DNA of 32,739 nucleotides from positions 1 to 32,739 of IMG/VR virus record IMGVR_UViG_3300032232_000594. One strand, 5' to 3'. Each line of letters opens with the position of its first letter. Positions within the stretch are counted from its first letter, which is position 1. The stretch comes from a virus (Duplodnaviria > Caudoviricetes). A model generated the notes under the pieces. The model was not told the DNA's origin. It saw only the letters and a program-made list of their open reading frames with translations, and searched no databases. The position numbers were made by a program, and so were the translations under genes. Positions 18,478 through 26,573 of this stretch are shown piece after piece.

Positions 18478-18519
18478 AAACGGCGGTTGCGGAAAAAATA
18501 TCCGTCACCGCCGTTTTTT
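18478..18519 (+). terminator. Rho-independent terminator of late operon
   Basis: AAACGGCGGT.GCGGA-loop-TCCGT.ACCGCCGTTTTTT directly after the stop at 18458. Confidence 0.85.
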
Positions 18520-18522
18520 CTA

Positions 18523-18551
18523 TGGACAAAATATTTTCTGCCTAATATTCT
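18523..18551 (+). promoter_or_regulatory. sigma70-like promoter for early/middle operon
   Basis: TGGACA-N17-TATTCT; spacer holds the palindrome AAAATATTTT. Confidence 0.55.
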
Positions 18552-18600
18552 ATTTTACATGGGCTGGTGATTCGCACCGCCCTGCAACGGGGGTCAAACG

Positions 18601-18783
18601 ATGAAAAGCGAATTTCCCGTCGAGTACATCAAGCTGCAAGGCGTCGCCCGCGACATCGCCGACTGCGCTTTGCTGGTGTACTACGCAACGGATCAAGCCG
18701 CCCAAGAGCGGCACTATGCGGAACTGATGGTCCACATCAAGCGCATCAAGGAGATAATGGAGAACCTGCAATGTCCAGAATGA
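18601..18783 (+). CDS. Hypothetical protein
   Basis: First ORF after the promoter; preceded by GGGGGTCAAACG. Confidence 0.55.
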   Translation: MKSEFPVEYIKLQGVARDIADCALLVYYATDQAAQERHYAELMVHIKRIKEIMENLQCPE

Positions 18784-18980
18784 AGCAGGTGGAATATTGG
18801 GCGGCGCAGGAAGAGAGTTGGCACAAGAAATACCTGATGGTGGAGGGGCTCTGTGATCGACTGGAGCAAAGGGTATTCGATCTGGAACGGGCTATTCAAA
18901 AAGCTAACGAATATCCGATGCCGTTGGAATGCCGCGAAATGCTCATGGCTGCTTTGGGGGTCAAAAATGAAAGTGTCTAG
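18771..18980 (+). CDS. Hypothetical coiled-coil protein
   Basis: GGAG RBS, ATG at 18771 (MSRMKQVEYW...). Confidence 0.55.
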   Translation: MSRMKQVEYWAAQEESWHKKYLMVEGLCDRLEQRVFDLERAIQKANEYPMPLECREMLMAALGVKNESV

Positions 18981-19164
18981 CCTATACAAACCAACGCTAA
19001 AACTCAGGTTTAACAAGCCAATGGCGCAGAAGCGTTGCCCGATCTGCAACCTGGTGACTGGCAAGATGGTTGGACAGCGAGAGGCATTGCAAAAGCTTGG
19101 ATACCTTGGTGCGGCAGATGCTCACCTGGTTTGCGTTGCCGATGCACAGGAGGCAAGGCAATGA
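18967..19164 (+). CDS. Hypothetical Zn-finger-like protein
   Basis: MKVSSLYK...CPIC...HLVC; overlaps both neighbours in operon fashion. Confidence 0.55.
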   Translation: MKVSSLYKPTLKLRFNKPMAQKRCPICNLVTGKMVGQREALQKLGYLGAADAHLVCVADAQEARQ

Positions 19165-19298
19165 CTGACTACCAACTCCTGCTTCTTAACGTCATCTCAA
19201 CCATGTTCACGCTGGTGATCGTGATCGGATGCAATGGAGCAATCCTGTTCCTGGGATTAAGCATTTGGAAACTTCTACAGGATACATTCAACTGGTAA
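19161..19298 (+). CDS. Small membrane protein
   Basis: AGGAGG RBS, ATGA overlap; long hydrophobic segment (45 aa). Confidence 0.55.
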   Translation: MTDYQLLLLNVISTMFTLVIVIGCNGAILFLGLSIWKLLQDTFNW

Positions 19299-19319
19299 TG
19301 CAAACACGGGGTCAAAACG

Positions 19320-19412
19320 ATGAAAACGGTAATCTACGAAATCGCAAACATCTTCGCCGCACTCTCAACCATCGGCGTGATATTCACCGCCTGCATCCTG
19401 ATGGGAGGCTGA
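19320..19412 (+). CDS. 30-aa hydrophobic peptide (not in ORF track)
   Basis: MKTVIYEIANIFAALSTIGVIFTACILMGG; GGGGTCA upstream; stop abuts the next ATG. Confidence 0.55.
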   Translation: MKTVIYEIANIFAALSTIGVIFTACILMGG

Positions 19413-19413
19413 C

Positions 19414-19602
19414 ATGCCGCCGATCAGATTGCAGAAGGGCTTTGACGGCATCTACGCGGTCAAATACTTTGACAGGGAAATAGGGTGGATACAGGAAAGC
19501 AAGGCGAGAAAAGTATGGAGGGCGCTAAGTTGGAACGGGGACTTGAAGCACACAAAAACACTGCGCGAGGCACGGCGATACCTAGTGGAGAGTTTCCGGT
19601 AA
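19414..19602 (+). CDS. Hypothetical protein
   Basis: GGAGG RBS; IGWI...WRA...KTLREA motif seen in small phage early proteins. Confidence 0.6.
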   Translation: MPPIRLQKGFDGIYAVKYFDREIGWIQESKARKVWRALSWNGDLKHTKTLREARRYLVESFR

Positions 19603-20126
19603 CGGACTGGCAGGCGCACTACAAGGCGATCAGGGCAAAGCTTGATGGTCCAAAGCCAAGGCCAGCACCTAAGCCTGTCGCGTTGCCCATGATCGTCATG
19701 CCACCTAAGCCGGAACCGGAGCCTGAGCAAAAGGAAGAAGAGTTTGATGGAACGTTCAGCAGGGACGACATGCTGATAACAAGGGGTCTGAAGCGCGATA
19801 GGATCAGGGCAATCGTTCTACCGATCCTTCGCAATAGAGACGTTACATGGGAAATCATCAGGGGGCAGAACAGACATGGACCAATCGTCAGAGCAAGGTC
19901 AGAGGTTTTCTTCGCTCTTATCTCAAATGGATACGGATATGCGGAGACCGGACGGATATGTGGAAGAGACCACACAACAGTCATACACGGGGTCAGAAAA
20001 TGGAAGGAACGGAATGGACCAGATTATAGAGGCTACCTTGCAGAGCCGAGAAAAGACGCACGGATCGTACTCAGTACAGTCTGCGATGTCACAGAGGTTG
20101 AAAGGCCATATAAGGACGAGTCCTAA
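19599..20126 (+). CDS. DnaA C-terminal (domain IV) HTH-containing protein; start uncertain
   Basis: IVRAR......GYAETGRICGRDHTTVIHGVRK matches the DnaA domain IV signature. Confidence 0.75.
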   Translation, partial: VTDWQAHYKAIRAKLDGPKPRPAPKPVALPMIVMPPKPEPEPEQKEEEFDGTFSRDDMLITRGLKRDRIRAIVLPILRNRDVTWEIIRGQNRHGPIVRARSEVFFALISNGYGYAETGRICGRDHTTVIHGVRKWKERNGPDYRGYLAEPRKDARIVLSTVCDVTEVERPYKDES

Positions 20127-20298
20127 CTGGCATGACCTGCCAGAGTATATGCGGGAATCACTGGAGATGATTGAACAAAAGATTGCTCGCATCCTAAGCG
20201 GCAACGCCTGCGAGCCGGATCACTGGGTGGACATCATGGGATATGCAGCACTGGTGCTGCGAGAGTTAGATCAGGAGCAACAGCAATCAGGAGGCTAG
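20014..20298 (+). CDS. DUF6378-like conserved phage protein
   Basis: L..R...HG.Y...LEMI..KIARIL.G....DHWVDI.GYA.L motif. Confidence 0.7.
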   Translation: MDQIIEATLQSREKTHGSYSVQSAMSQRLKGHIRTSPNWHDLPEYMRESLEMIEQKIARILSGNACEPDHWVDIMGYAALVLRELDQEQQQSGG

Positions 20299-20299
20299 A

Positions 20300-20581
20300 A
20301 TGTCCGATCTGAAAAACAGCCAGCTGACACGCATTGTTGAGCGCATCGAGAAGCAGGAAGACGAAATCAGCCTGCTAAAACAGGATGTGAAAGACATCTA
20401 TGTTGAGGCCAAAAGCAGCGGATATGATGTCAAAATCCTGCGCAAGATCATCACCCTGCGCAAGATGGACGAAACCAAACGGCGGGAGGAAAGCGCAATC
20501 CTCGCCGTCTACATGAACGAAATCGGCATGACGCCGCTGGAAGTCGCGATCCAGACCAGCTATCCGAAAGCGAGTGACTAA
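20300..20581 (+). CDS. gapR: GapR-like nucleoid-associated protein (DUF2312/UPF0335)
   Basis: QL..IVERIE..EDE......DVKDIY.EAKS.GYDVKILRKII.LRK.D...R.E..AIL..Y...IGM is the GapR consensus. Confidence 0.9.
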   Translation: MSDLKNSQLTRIVERIEKQEDEISLLKQDVKDIYVEAKSSGYDVKILRKIITLRKMDETKRREESAILAVYMNEIGMTPLEVAIQTSYPKASD

Positions 20582-20790
20582 TGGAACGCAACACAGAAGC
20601 CTGTTTGAACTGTAGGTTCACGAAGGAAAAGACTGGTGGATCTCTCACTTGTATGCGCTATCCAAACCAAACACGGGTTGCGCGGACGCAATGGTGCGGC
20701 GAATGGCAGGCAGACAAACTGCCAGTGGAACGTCGCCGCCGATCGTTCACTGACGCCGTTCAGCCGATCATCGAGGAGGGCACCGAATGA
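20581..20790 (+). CDS. Small Cys-rich protein (HiPIP-like Cys spacing)
   Basis: CLNCRF...C.RYP...WCGEW. Confidence 0.55.
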   Translation: MERNTEACLNCRFTKEKTGGSLTCMRYPNQTRVARTQWCGEWQADKLPVERRRRSFTDAVQPIIEEGTE

Positions 20791-21011
20791 GTTATCGCAT
20801 TCGAACAGTCGATGATTTCTTCAGGGTCATCGAGAAGGAACGCAAGCGGCAGGAGAAGTCGACGCGGGCGGTCAGCGACGAAGCCAATATGTCGACGGCT
20901 ACCTACAGTGCATCGAAGAGGGGTAATTCCTGCAATCTGAAAACAGCGATCGCATATGCAAAGGTCATGGGACTGGAAATGAGGCTCGAATGGCCGTCAT
21001 CGTCGCGATAG
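20787..21011 (+). CDS. XRE/Cro-like HTH DNA-binding protein
   Basis: ERKRQ..STRAVSDEANMSTATYS..KRG...NLKT...YAKVMG pattern. Confidence 0.65.
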   Translation: MSYRIRTVDDFFRVIEKERKRQEKSTRAVSDEANMSTATYSASKRGNSCNLKTAIAYAKVMGLEMRLEWPSSSR

Positions 21012-21460
21012 ACCCTGGCGCATCTGGCGCGTTGGCATTCTTCAATCCAGATACTGGTATGCTGGACATCGAGGACATGCCGACGCTTGAGGTGAAGCGC
21101 GGAAACAAAATGAAGCGCGAAATCAGCCCGCCGATGCTGGCTGGGATTATCGCTTCACGCAAACCAGATCGAGCAATCATTGAGCTGGTAGGCGCAAGAC
21201 CAGGGCAGGGCGTCAGTTCCATGTTTGCTTTTGGCAAGGCGTATGGATTGTGCATCGGGATATGCTCAAGTCTGCAAATCCCGGTGGAGTATGTAACGCC
21301 TCAAAAGTGGAAGAAAGCAGTCGGAGCCCGCGAGGGCAAAGACGGAAACAGGATGCGGGCGGCAGAGTGCTTCCCTGCATATGCCCATCTGTTTCGCAGG
21401 GTCAAAGATGACGGTCGGGCGGATGCCGCCTTGATCGCCTTCTGGGCAGCAACGAACTAG
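20990..21460 (+). CDS. RuvC-like Holliday junction resolvase
   Basis: AIDPG..GA, IIE, SMFAFG..YG, VTPQKWKK and DGRADAALIA motifs. Confidence 0.85.
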   Translation: MAVIVAIDPGASGALAFFNPDTGMLDIEDMPTLEVKRGNKMKREISPPMLAGIIASRKPDRAIIELVGARPGQGVSSMFAFGKAYGLCIGICSSLQIPVEYVTPQKWKKAVGAREGKDGNRMRAAECFPAYAHLFRRVKDDGRADAALIAFWAATN

Positions 21461-21471
21461 GGAGAACAACA

Positions 21472-22266
21472 GTGGAAAACGACTACTTTAAGCTGGAGGC
21501 GCTATCAGCCTCTGGAGCCAAGCTACTCGCTAGATCGCCTGCTCATTATAAGGCAGCGATGGAGATGAACAGGACGCCAACGCCTGCGCAGGTGTTTGGA
21601 ACTGTAGTCCATGCGATGATCTTGGAGCCGCACAAATCCCATGCAGACCTGTTCAGCGTCAAAGAACTGAATTGGACGACCAAGGAAGGCAAAGCAGAGA
21701 AGGAAAAGCTGGAACGGATTGGCCTACCCATCATCTCTGTTGCCGATCTAGATAAGGCGCTGCGGATGCGCGATAGCGTCTGGGCAAGCAAACATGCTGC
21801 TGAGTTGCTGACCGGCTGCGTGACCGAACAGCAGACAACTTGGACCGGCTACGACTCCAAGGTTCCATGCAAGGCTGGGATCGACGCCATTGGATCGGCA
21901 GGCATCGTCGATCTGAAGACGACTATCGACGCCTCGCCTGAAGCGTTTGCGAGGGCGATCAGGCAGTATGGCTATTACATGCAAGCGGCGCACTACATCG
22001 ACGGTGTTGCAGAAACAACCGGGGGCATTGCGCCGTTCACATTCATTGCTGTTGAAAAGCAGCCACCATATGCGGTTGCCTGTTACACGCTCGATCAAGC
22101 GGCGCTCAACGCCGGATGGTCAGCCATGAACAGGATCGCCAAGATATATTCCGACTGCATGGCATCGAACGTCTGGCCGGGATATGAAGGGAAGTCTATC
22201 GAGCTATCAATCCCGATTAATCTGGATGTGGCAACCATTGCCGATCTGGAGCTTGAAGACTTCTAA
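21472..22266 (+). CDS. RecE/ExoVIII-like PD-(D/E)XK exonuclease (DUF3799)
   Basis: LSASG.K.L..SP..Y, FGT.VH..ILEP, CKA..D, VDLKTT, YGY..QAA.Y and F.FIAVEK..PY motifs; GTG start with GGGAG RBS. Confidence 0.85.
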   Translation: MENDYFKLEALSASGAKLLARSPAHYKAAMEMNRTPTPAQVFGTVVHAMILEPHKSHADLFSVKELNWTTKEGKAEKEKLERIGLPIISVADLDKALRMRDSVWASKHAAELLTGCVTEQQTTWTGYDSKVPCKAGIDAIGSAGIVDLKTTIDASPEAFARAIRQYGYYMQAAHYIDGVAETTGGIAPFTFIAVEKQPPYAVACYTLDQAALNAGWSAMNRIAKIYSDCMASNVWPGYEGKSIELSIPINLDVATIADLELEDF

Positions 22267-22292
22267 AACGTCGAACCGAAGGAAACGGTAAA

Positions 22293-22874
22293 ATGGAAAA
22301 CGCAAATACACGCATTGTCATCAAGGATGCTCGCTTCGCCTACGTTCACCTGCTGGAGCCTCGTGCTGCTGCTGAAGGCGCAGAGGCTAAATACAGCATC
22401 ACCCTCATTATCCCAAAGTCGGACGAAGCAGGTATCGCAGCCATTAAGGCGGCAATGAAGGCGGCTGTTGCAAAGAAATTTGGGGATAAACCACCGAAGG
22501 GTCTGCGCAATCCGCTGCGGGATGGCGACGAAAAGGATGCCGAGTCTGGCGAATACATGAAGGGAGATGAGTTCCGTGGGAACTGGTACCTCTCAGCCAG
22601 CAGCAAGAAGCCAGTGCGCGCCCAGGCAGGAAAGGCTCGCCTTCCAGCGACAGAGGAACATCTGCAATCCGGCAACTATGGGGCAGCAGAACTGAACTTC
22701 TACGGTTATGACGCTGCGGGCAATCGCGGTGTGGCGGCTGGTCTGAATGGCGTCTGGATCACCCGCAAGGGCGAGCCTCTGGGTGCAGGCGCTACAGACT
22801 GGGGCGTGATCGAGGCGGAGGACTTCGGTTCACCGGCTGGCAAGCCTGAGTTGTCCGGCGACGACATCTTCTAA
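22293..22874 (+). CDS. ssb: Single-stranded DNA-binding protein, T7 gp2.5-like (DUF2815)
   Basis: RFAY..L.EP, KYS..LIIPK, PLRDGD, SG.YG and GNRGVAAGLN motifs; acidic C-terminus ending in Phe. Confidence 0.85.
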   Translation: MENANTRIVIKDARFAYVHLLEPRAAAEGAEAKYSITLIIPKSDEAGIAAIKAAMKAAVAKKFGDKPPKGLRNPLRDGDEKDAESGEYMKGDEFRGNWYLSASSKKPVRAQAGKARLPATEEHLQSGNYGAAELNFYGYDAAGNRGVAAGLNGVWITRKGEPLGAGATDWGVIEAEDFGSPAGKPELSGDDIF

Positions 22875-22915
22875 AAAGAAAGACGGCGCAGCGGGGGTCA
22901 GACTGCTGCGCCGTC
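22875..22915. terminator. GC-rich hairpin after ssb (U-tract on minus strand)
   Basis: GACGGCGCAGC-N12-GCTGCGCCGTC preceded by an A-run. Confidence 0.5.
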
Positions 22916-22949
22916 GATCGCCTCAACGCCTGGGAGGAAAGCGGAGGCA

Positions 22950-23225
22950 ATGACTAAATTTAACACTCTCAAAGACACGCTGCAAACGGCAGATGAGTAT
23001 TTCGCCTATGTCGGGCTTTATGCACGGCTGGCAAGAGACTTTGTATCAGTTGGCGATTTGCCGGGAGCGAACTACGCTCAACGATCCTTGGTTGCATATG
23101 TCAGGGCGGCGCAGCGGGAGTTGTCCGCCGCGATGGACATTAGCATTGCAGCCAAAGAACAAGACGAAACAGATGCGGTTGCCGGTCAGGGCGATGAGGT
23201 CAGCGCAGATGAATGGTGGAAGTGA
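22950..23225 (+). CDS. Hypothetical protein
   Basis: GGAGG upstream; coupled to the VapE gene by GTGATG. Confidence 0.55.
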   Translation: MTKFNTLKDTLQTADEYFAYVGLYARLARDFVSVGDLPGANYAQRSLVAYVRAAQRELSAAMDISIAAKEQDETDAVAGQGDEVSADEWWK

Positions 23226-24589
23226 TGAGGAATACATTCGATGATGACGATTTCTTTGCTGATCTTCAGCACGACCTAGACGCCAAAGCGGAGGCGCTGG
23301 AAGCCAAGAAGCCGGTCAAGCAGATCAGCGGCAACACGCCGGAGGAGCAGCCGATCAAGCGGACCCTGTTTCTGGGCGATCCGTGGGAGGACAAACTTGT
23401 CGTCGATCCAAAGGGATGGGCGATCAGCAACCATGCAAACCTTGCCCACACAATCCGTCATCATGGCGAATGGACGGAGACGCTGGCCTACAACAGCTTC
23501 ACAGGTCGCAAGATCCTGCTGAAGCCTATCCCAGGCACCCCGATCGACCGATCCTTCAAGCCGCGGGAGATTGAGGACCGCGACATCTTGAGCGCGACAG
23601 CATGGTTCAACCGGAACCTTTTCCCCAGAGCGGCCAAGAACCAGGTCGCCGACGCCATTGACGATGTGGTGTTCGACGCCATCATCAATCCCGTGAAGCA
23701 TTTCTTAGAGGACTGCGAAGCGGCTTGGGATAGTCAGAGCAGGTTAGCCGATTGGCTAACTTTGTATTGCGGCGTTGAAGTCGAAGACCCGATGCACAAG
23801 CAGTATGTCGAAGAGGTCGGCATCAAGTGGTGTCTGAGCGCGGTTGCAAGGGTCATGGAGCCGGGCTGCAAGGCGGACGGTGTATTGATCCTAGAGGGTA
23901 ACCAAGGGGCTGGGAAAAGCACCGCAGCCAAGGTGCTAGCCGGAACAGAGTTCTTTGGTGACAGCCTTCCTCCGATGCACAGTAAGGAAGCCAGTGGATA
24001 CGTCAGGGGTCGCTGGATCATCGAACTGGCCGAACTTGCCAACGTCAGTAAGGCCGAGGTGGAGGTGGTCAAGGCTTTCATCAGTAGATCAGAGGAGCGG
24101 TTCAGGCCGCCTTACGGCAGGAACGAAGTCACCTTTCCCCGGCAGTGCGTGTTCATCGGTTCTACCAATCGGACGGACTATCTCAGGGACGACACTGGGA
24201 ACAGGCGGTTCTGGCCGGTGAAGGTCGGCAAGATCGACACAGAAGGCCTCCAACGGGACCGTGTGCAGCTTTGGGGAGAGGCAGTCCATAGATACCGTCA
24301 GGGCGAGCAGTGGTGGCTTACAAGGTCTGCGGAGACGATTGCAGCCACGGAGACGAAGGCAAGGCTCATTGACGATCCCTGGACGTCTGAGGTGCTCTCC
24401 AAGGTCATGGGCAAGTCTGAGACCTGCGTGAGCCAGATCCTGTCCGACATGCTGATCGAGGTGGGCAGGCGCGACAGGATGATGAGCAACAGGGTGGTTT
24501 CGATCCTGCTTCAGAACGGGTGGGCGCGGGATGGACAGTTCACAGCGCAGCCTCACAAGGGACAGGCCAAGTTTGTGAAGAAAGGGTGA
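23225..24589 (+). CDS. VapE/VirE-family P-loop ATPase (replicative helicase-like), no primase domain
   Basis: ARV.EPGCK.D..LILEG.QG.GKS Walker A; WIIEL.EL; K.FIS; R.PYGR; TN...YLRD.TGNRRFWP. Confidence 0.88.
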   Translation: MRNTFDDDDFFADLQHDLDAKAEALEAKKPVKQISGNTPEEQPIKRTLFLGDPWEDKLVVDPKGWAISNHANLAHTIRHHGEWTETLAYNSFTGRKILLKPIPGTPIDRSFKPREIEDRDILSATAWFNRNLFPRAAKNQVADAIDDVVFDAIINPVKHFLEDCEAAWDSQSRLADWLTLYCGVEVEDPMHKQYVEEVGIKWCLSAVARVMEPGCKADGVLILEGNQGAGKSTAAKVLAGTEFFGDSLPPMHSKEASGYVRGRWIIELAELANVSKAEVEVVKAFISRSEERFRPPYGRNEVTFPRQCVFIGSTNRTDYLRDDTGNRRFWPVKVGKIDTEGLQRDRVQLWGEAVHRYRQGEQWWLTRSAETIAATETKARLIDDPWTSEVLSKVMGKSETCVSQILSDMLIEVGRRDRMMSNRVVSILLQNGWARDGQFTAQPHKGQAKFVKKG

Positions 24590-24592
24590 GGG

Positions 24593-24623
24593 TTTACCCC
24601 AATAGCTCAGCCATTGGGGTAAA
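24593..24623. terminator. Inverted repeat between convergent genes
   Basis: TTTACCCCAAT-N9-ATTGGGGTAAA between the VapE stop (24589) and the minus-strand stop (24632). Confidence 0.6.
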
Positions 24624-24631
24624 TTATGGGG

Positions 24632-24871
24632 TCACTTGATGCGCCAGACGCGGAATACACCGGCAGGTCGGTCAAGCCTGCATGTAAATTCCATGCCCTT
24701 ACGAAGTAGGTAACGATGCACCAACTTTCTTATCCTGCTCTCTACAAAAGTTGGGTCATCCAATCTGAAAACTGCGCACTGCCCAACTTGCATATCACGG
24801 AATGGGTAGAAGCATCTCGTAGGGGCAGTTGGGGGAGCTGGTATGTCGTTATGAAGTTCAAACTCCGGCAT
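24632..24871 (-). CDS. Small putative DNA-binding protein (YPF..M.VG...GV.RVWR family)
   Basis: DIPAP...YPFRDMQVG...FTCR....GVFRVWR is a recurrent small phage protein pattern; AAGGA upstream. Confidence 0.65.
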   Translation of the reverse strand: MPEFELHNDIPAPPTAPTRCFYPFRDMQVGQCAVFRLDDPTFVESRIRKLVHRYLLRKGMEFTCRLDRPAGVFRVWRIK

Positions 24872-24978
24872 GTCACTATGTCCTTGTGTCGTATTGGCTC
24901 CTAATCGCCAATGTCTACCTAGTTACCCTGACCAACCAAGGAAGTCTATCCTTTAATGGGCTGATGATGCTGAAACAG

Positions 24979-25188
24979 GGGAAGATAGGAGGGAAGACAG
25001 AATGAAAGAATTTGACACTTTTGGCTCAAACCCGTCTACCTCAAGGAGGGGAAGATAGCAGTCGACTGTTTGGACTTTCCTTTTAACTTTAATTAAGTAA
25101 TTGATATATAGGCATAATATATTTGCCGGGAAGATAGGATGACGTATCATAGCGCTATTCTGAAAGTCTCGGTGAAACGTATCTTCCC
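24979..25188. promoter_or_regulatory. Putative replication origin: GGGAAGATAG iterons flanking an AT-rich tract
   Basis: GGGAAGATAG at 24979, 25049 and 25128; GGGAAGACAG at 24991; inverted TATCTTCCC at 25180; AT-rich 25076-25124. Confidence 0.5.
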
Positions 25189-25232
25189 GTCGACCGAAAT
25201 GCAAAGCACAAGCACGAAAACAGGGTCAACTA

Positions 25233-25802
25233 ATGAGCAGGACGAACATCGCAATGGCCGACAGAACCATAAACAGAGCAAAGACAGCGCAGCACGCTGG
25301 CCTATGGGCGGCGGTACAGGCAGCAGACCAGGCAGCCATCAAATACGAAGGCGAGTGGGGCATCGGCAGGCTGGAGCGGCTCGCCCCGCCAGACCTTGCA
25401 GCGAAGTTCGCCATCGCCCGGCATCAGCTAGATGAGGCCATCCAAGCCGTGGACATCGAGCTGGCGGGTAAGAAGGCGATGGCGATGGCGAGGGGCTGGG
25501 AGGCGCTGGACAGGGCTGCGAAGGCCGCAGGGCATAGACCTGAGGATGTAGGCCAAATGTGGTTCCACGGCTCTCCTGATGGCCGCAGGCGCTATTGCTT
25601 CGTCCGAAGTCCGCATGATGTTCCAGATGCAGCCAAACGGCATCCAGACCACATTGTAGTGGCCTTCGATGAGGTGGTGGCATTGTTCGAGAGGCCGGAC
25701 GCAGCCGGGTTGATCTATGAGATCAAGAAGCAGTTTCCAGGGGCTTACATGCAGAACAAGAACACGACGGGAACATTGATAAATGATGCGATCCCGTTTT
25801 GA
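25233..25802 (+). CDS. Hypothetical protein
   Basis: 189-aa ORF with coherent codon usage; WGIGRL..L motif; ends DAIPF. Confidence 0.7.
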   Translation: MSRTNIAMADRTINRAKTAQHAGLWAAVQAADQAAIKYEGEWGIGRLERLAPPDLAAKFAIARHQLDEAIQAVDIELAGKKAMAMARGWEALDRAAKAAGHRPEDVGQMWFHGSPDGRRRYCFVRSPHDVPDAAKRHPDHIVVAFDEVVALFERPDAAGLIYEIKKQFPGAYMQNKNTTGTLINDAIPF

Positions 25803-25899
25803 AAAAATTTTCGGGAAAAATGAGGTTTGAAAATCGTGGTCGATTGGGTTTTCGAAAAATTTTCGGGAAAAATGAGTTCTAAAAATCGTAGTCGATTGG
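25796..25899. repeat. 52-bp tandem duplication rich in A/T tracts
   Basis: Copies at 25796-25847 and 25848-25899, each with AAAAATTTTCGGGAAAAATGAG and ending in the IR AATCG-N4-CGATT. Confidence 0.9.
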
Positions 25900-25903
25900 A
25901 TGA

Positions 25904-26159
<256 letters not shown>

Positions 26160-26169
26160 TATGCCAATC

Positions 26170-26385
26170 CTATCGTTGCAAACGCCTACGCCTCATTAGC
26201 TCAAAGGTAATGCCATCCATCTCGGCTAGCAGCTTGGCAACGTAAGGGTCACGCGTGTCACGCTCGCGGTATATGGGGAGCGTCGCCGAAATATCCCGCA
26301 AAGCGCCATTTAATTCTGCGATGGTTTTTGAGCGTGCACGGGCTTCATAATAGGCCAAGCTTTGGTAGGATGGTTCGATTTTCAT
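26170..26385 (-). CDS. Hypothetical early protein
   Basis: 71-aa helical ORF; GGGGTCACCTA precedes the ATG. Confidence 0.6.
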   Translation of the reverse strand: MKIEPSYQSLAYYEARARSKTIAELNGALRDISATLPIYRERDTRDPYVAKLLAEMDGITFELMRRRRLQR

Positions 26386-26438
26386 TAGGTGACCCCTAGG
26401 TTAAGGTTTCGTTTTAAGGTTACGCGCAAACGCAAAAC

Positions 26439-26471
26439 AAAAAAAAGCCGGACACATAGCCCGGCCTTTTT
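26439..26471 (-). terminator. Rho-independent terminator (possibly bidirectional)
   Basis: A8-GCCGG-N9-CCGGC-C-T5 on the + strand. Confidence 0.75.
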
Positions 26472-26472
26472 A

Positions 26473-26553
26473 TTACAGAAAACACAAGGCGCAAACGCTG
26501 CCCACGAAAAGCCAAGCGGCAAGCGCCGCAATGGCTTCAATTATTGACCCCAT
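26473..26553 (-). CDS. 26-aa hydrophobic peptide (not in ORF track)
   Basis: MGSIIEAIAALAAWLFVGSVCALCFL; GGAAAGGGT upstream; stop directly before the terminator. Confidence 0.5.
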   Translation of the reverse strand: MGSIIEAIAALAAWLFVGSVCALCFL

Positions 26554-26573
26554 GGTTTTTACCCTTTCCAGAA

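Noticed and set aside
19989-20029. GGGTCA followed by ATG at 20000 (and similarly at 24629/24639)
   Set aside because: Yield only 9-aa and 24-aa ORFs overlapping better-supported genes; treated as chance and excluded from the motif count.
26399-26422. TTAA pair as a CtrA box
   Set aside because: Spacing is 9 nt, not TTAA-N7-TTAA; the TTAA cluster at 25083-25096 also misses N7.
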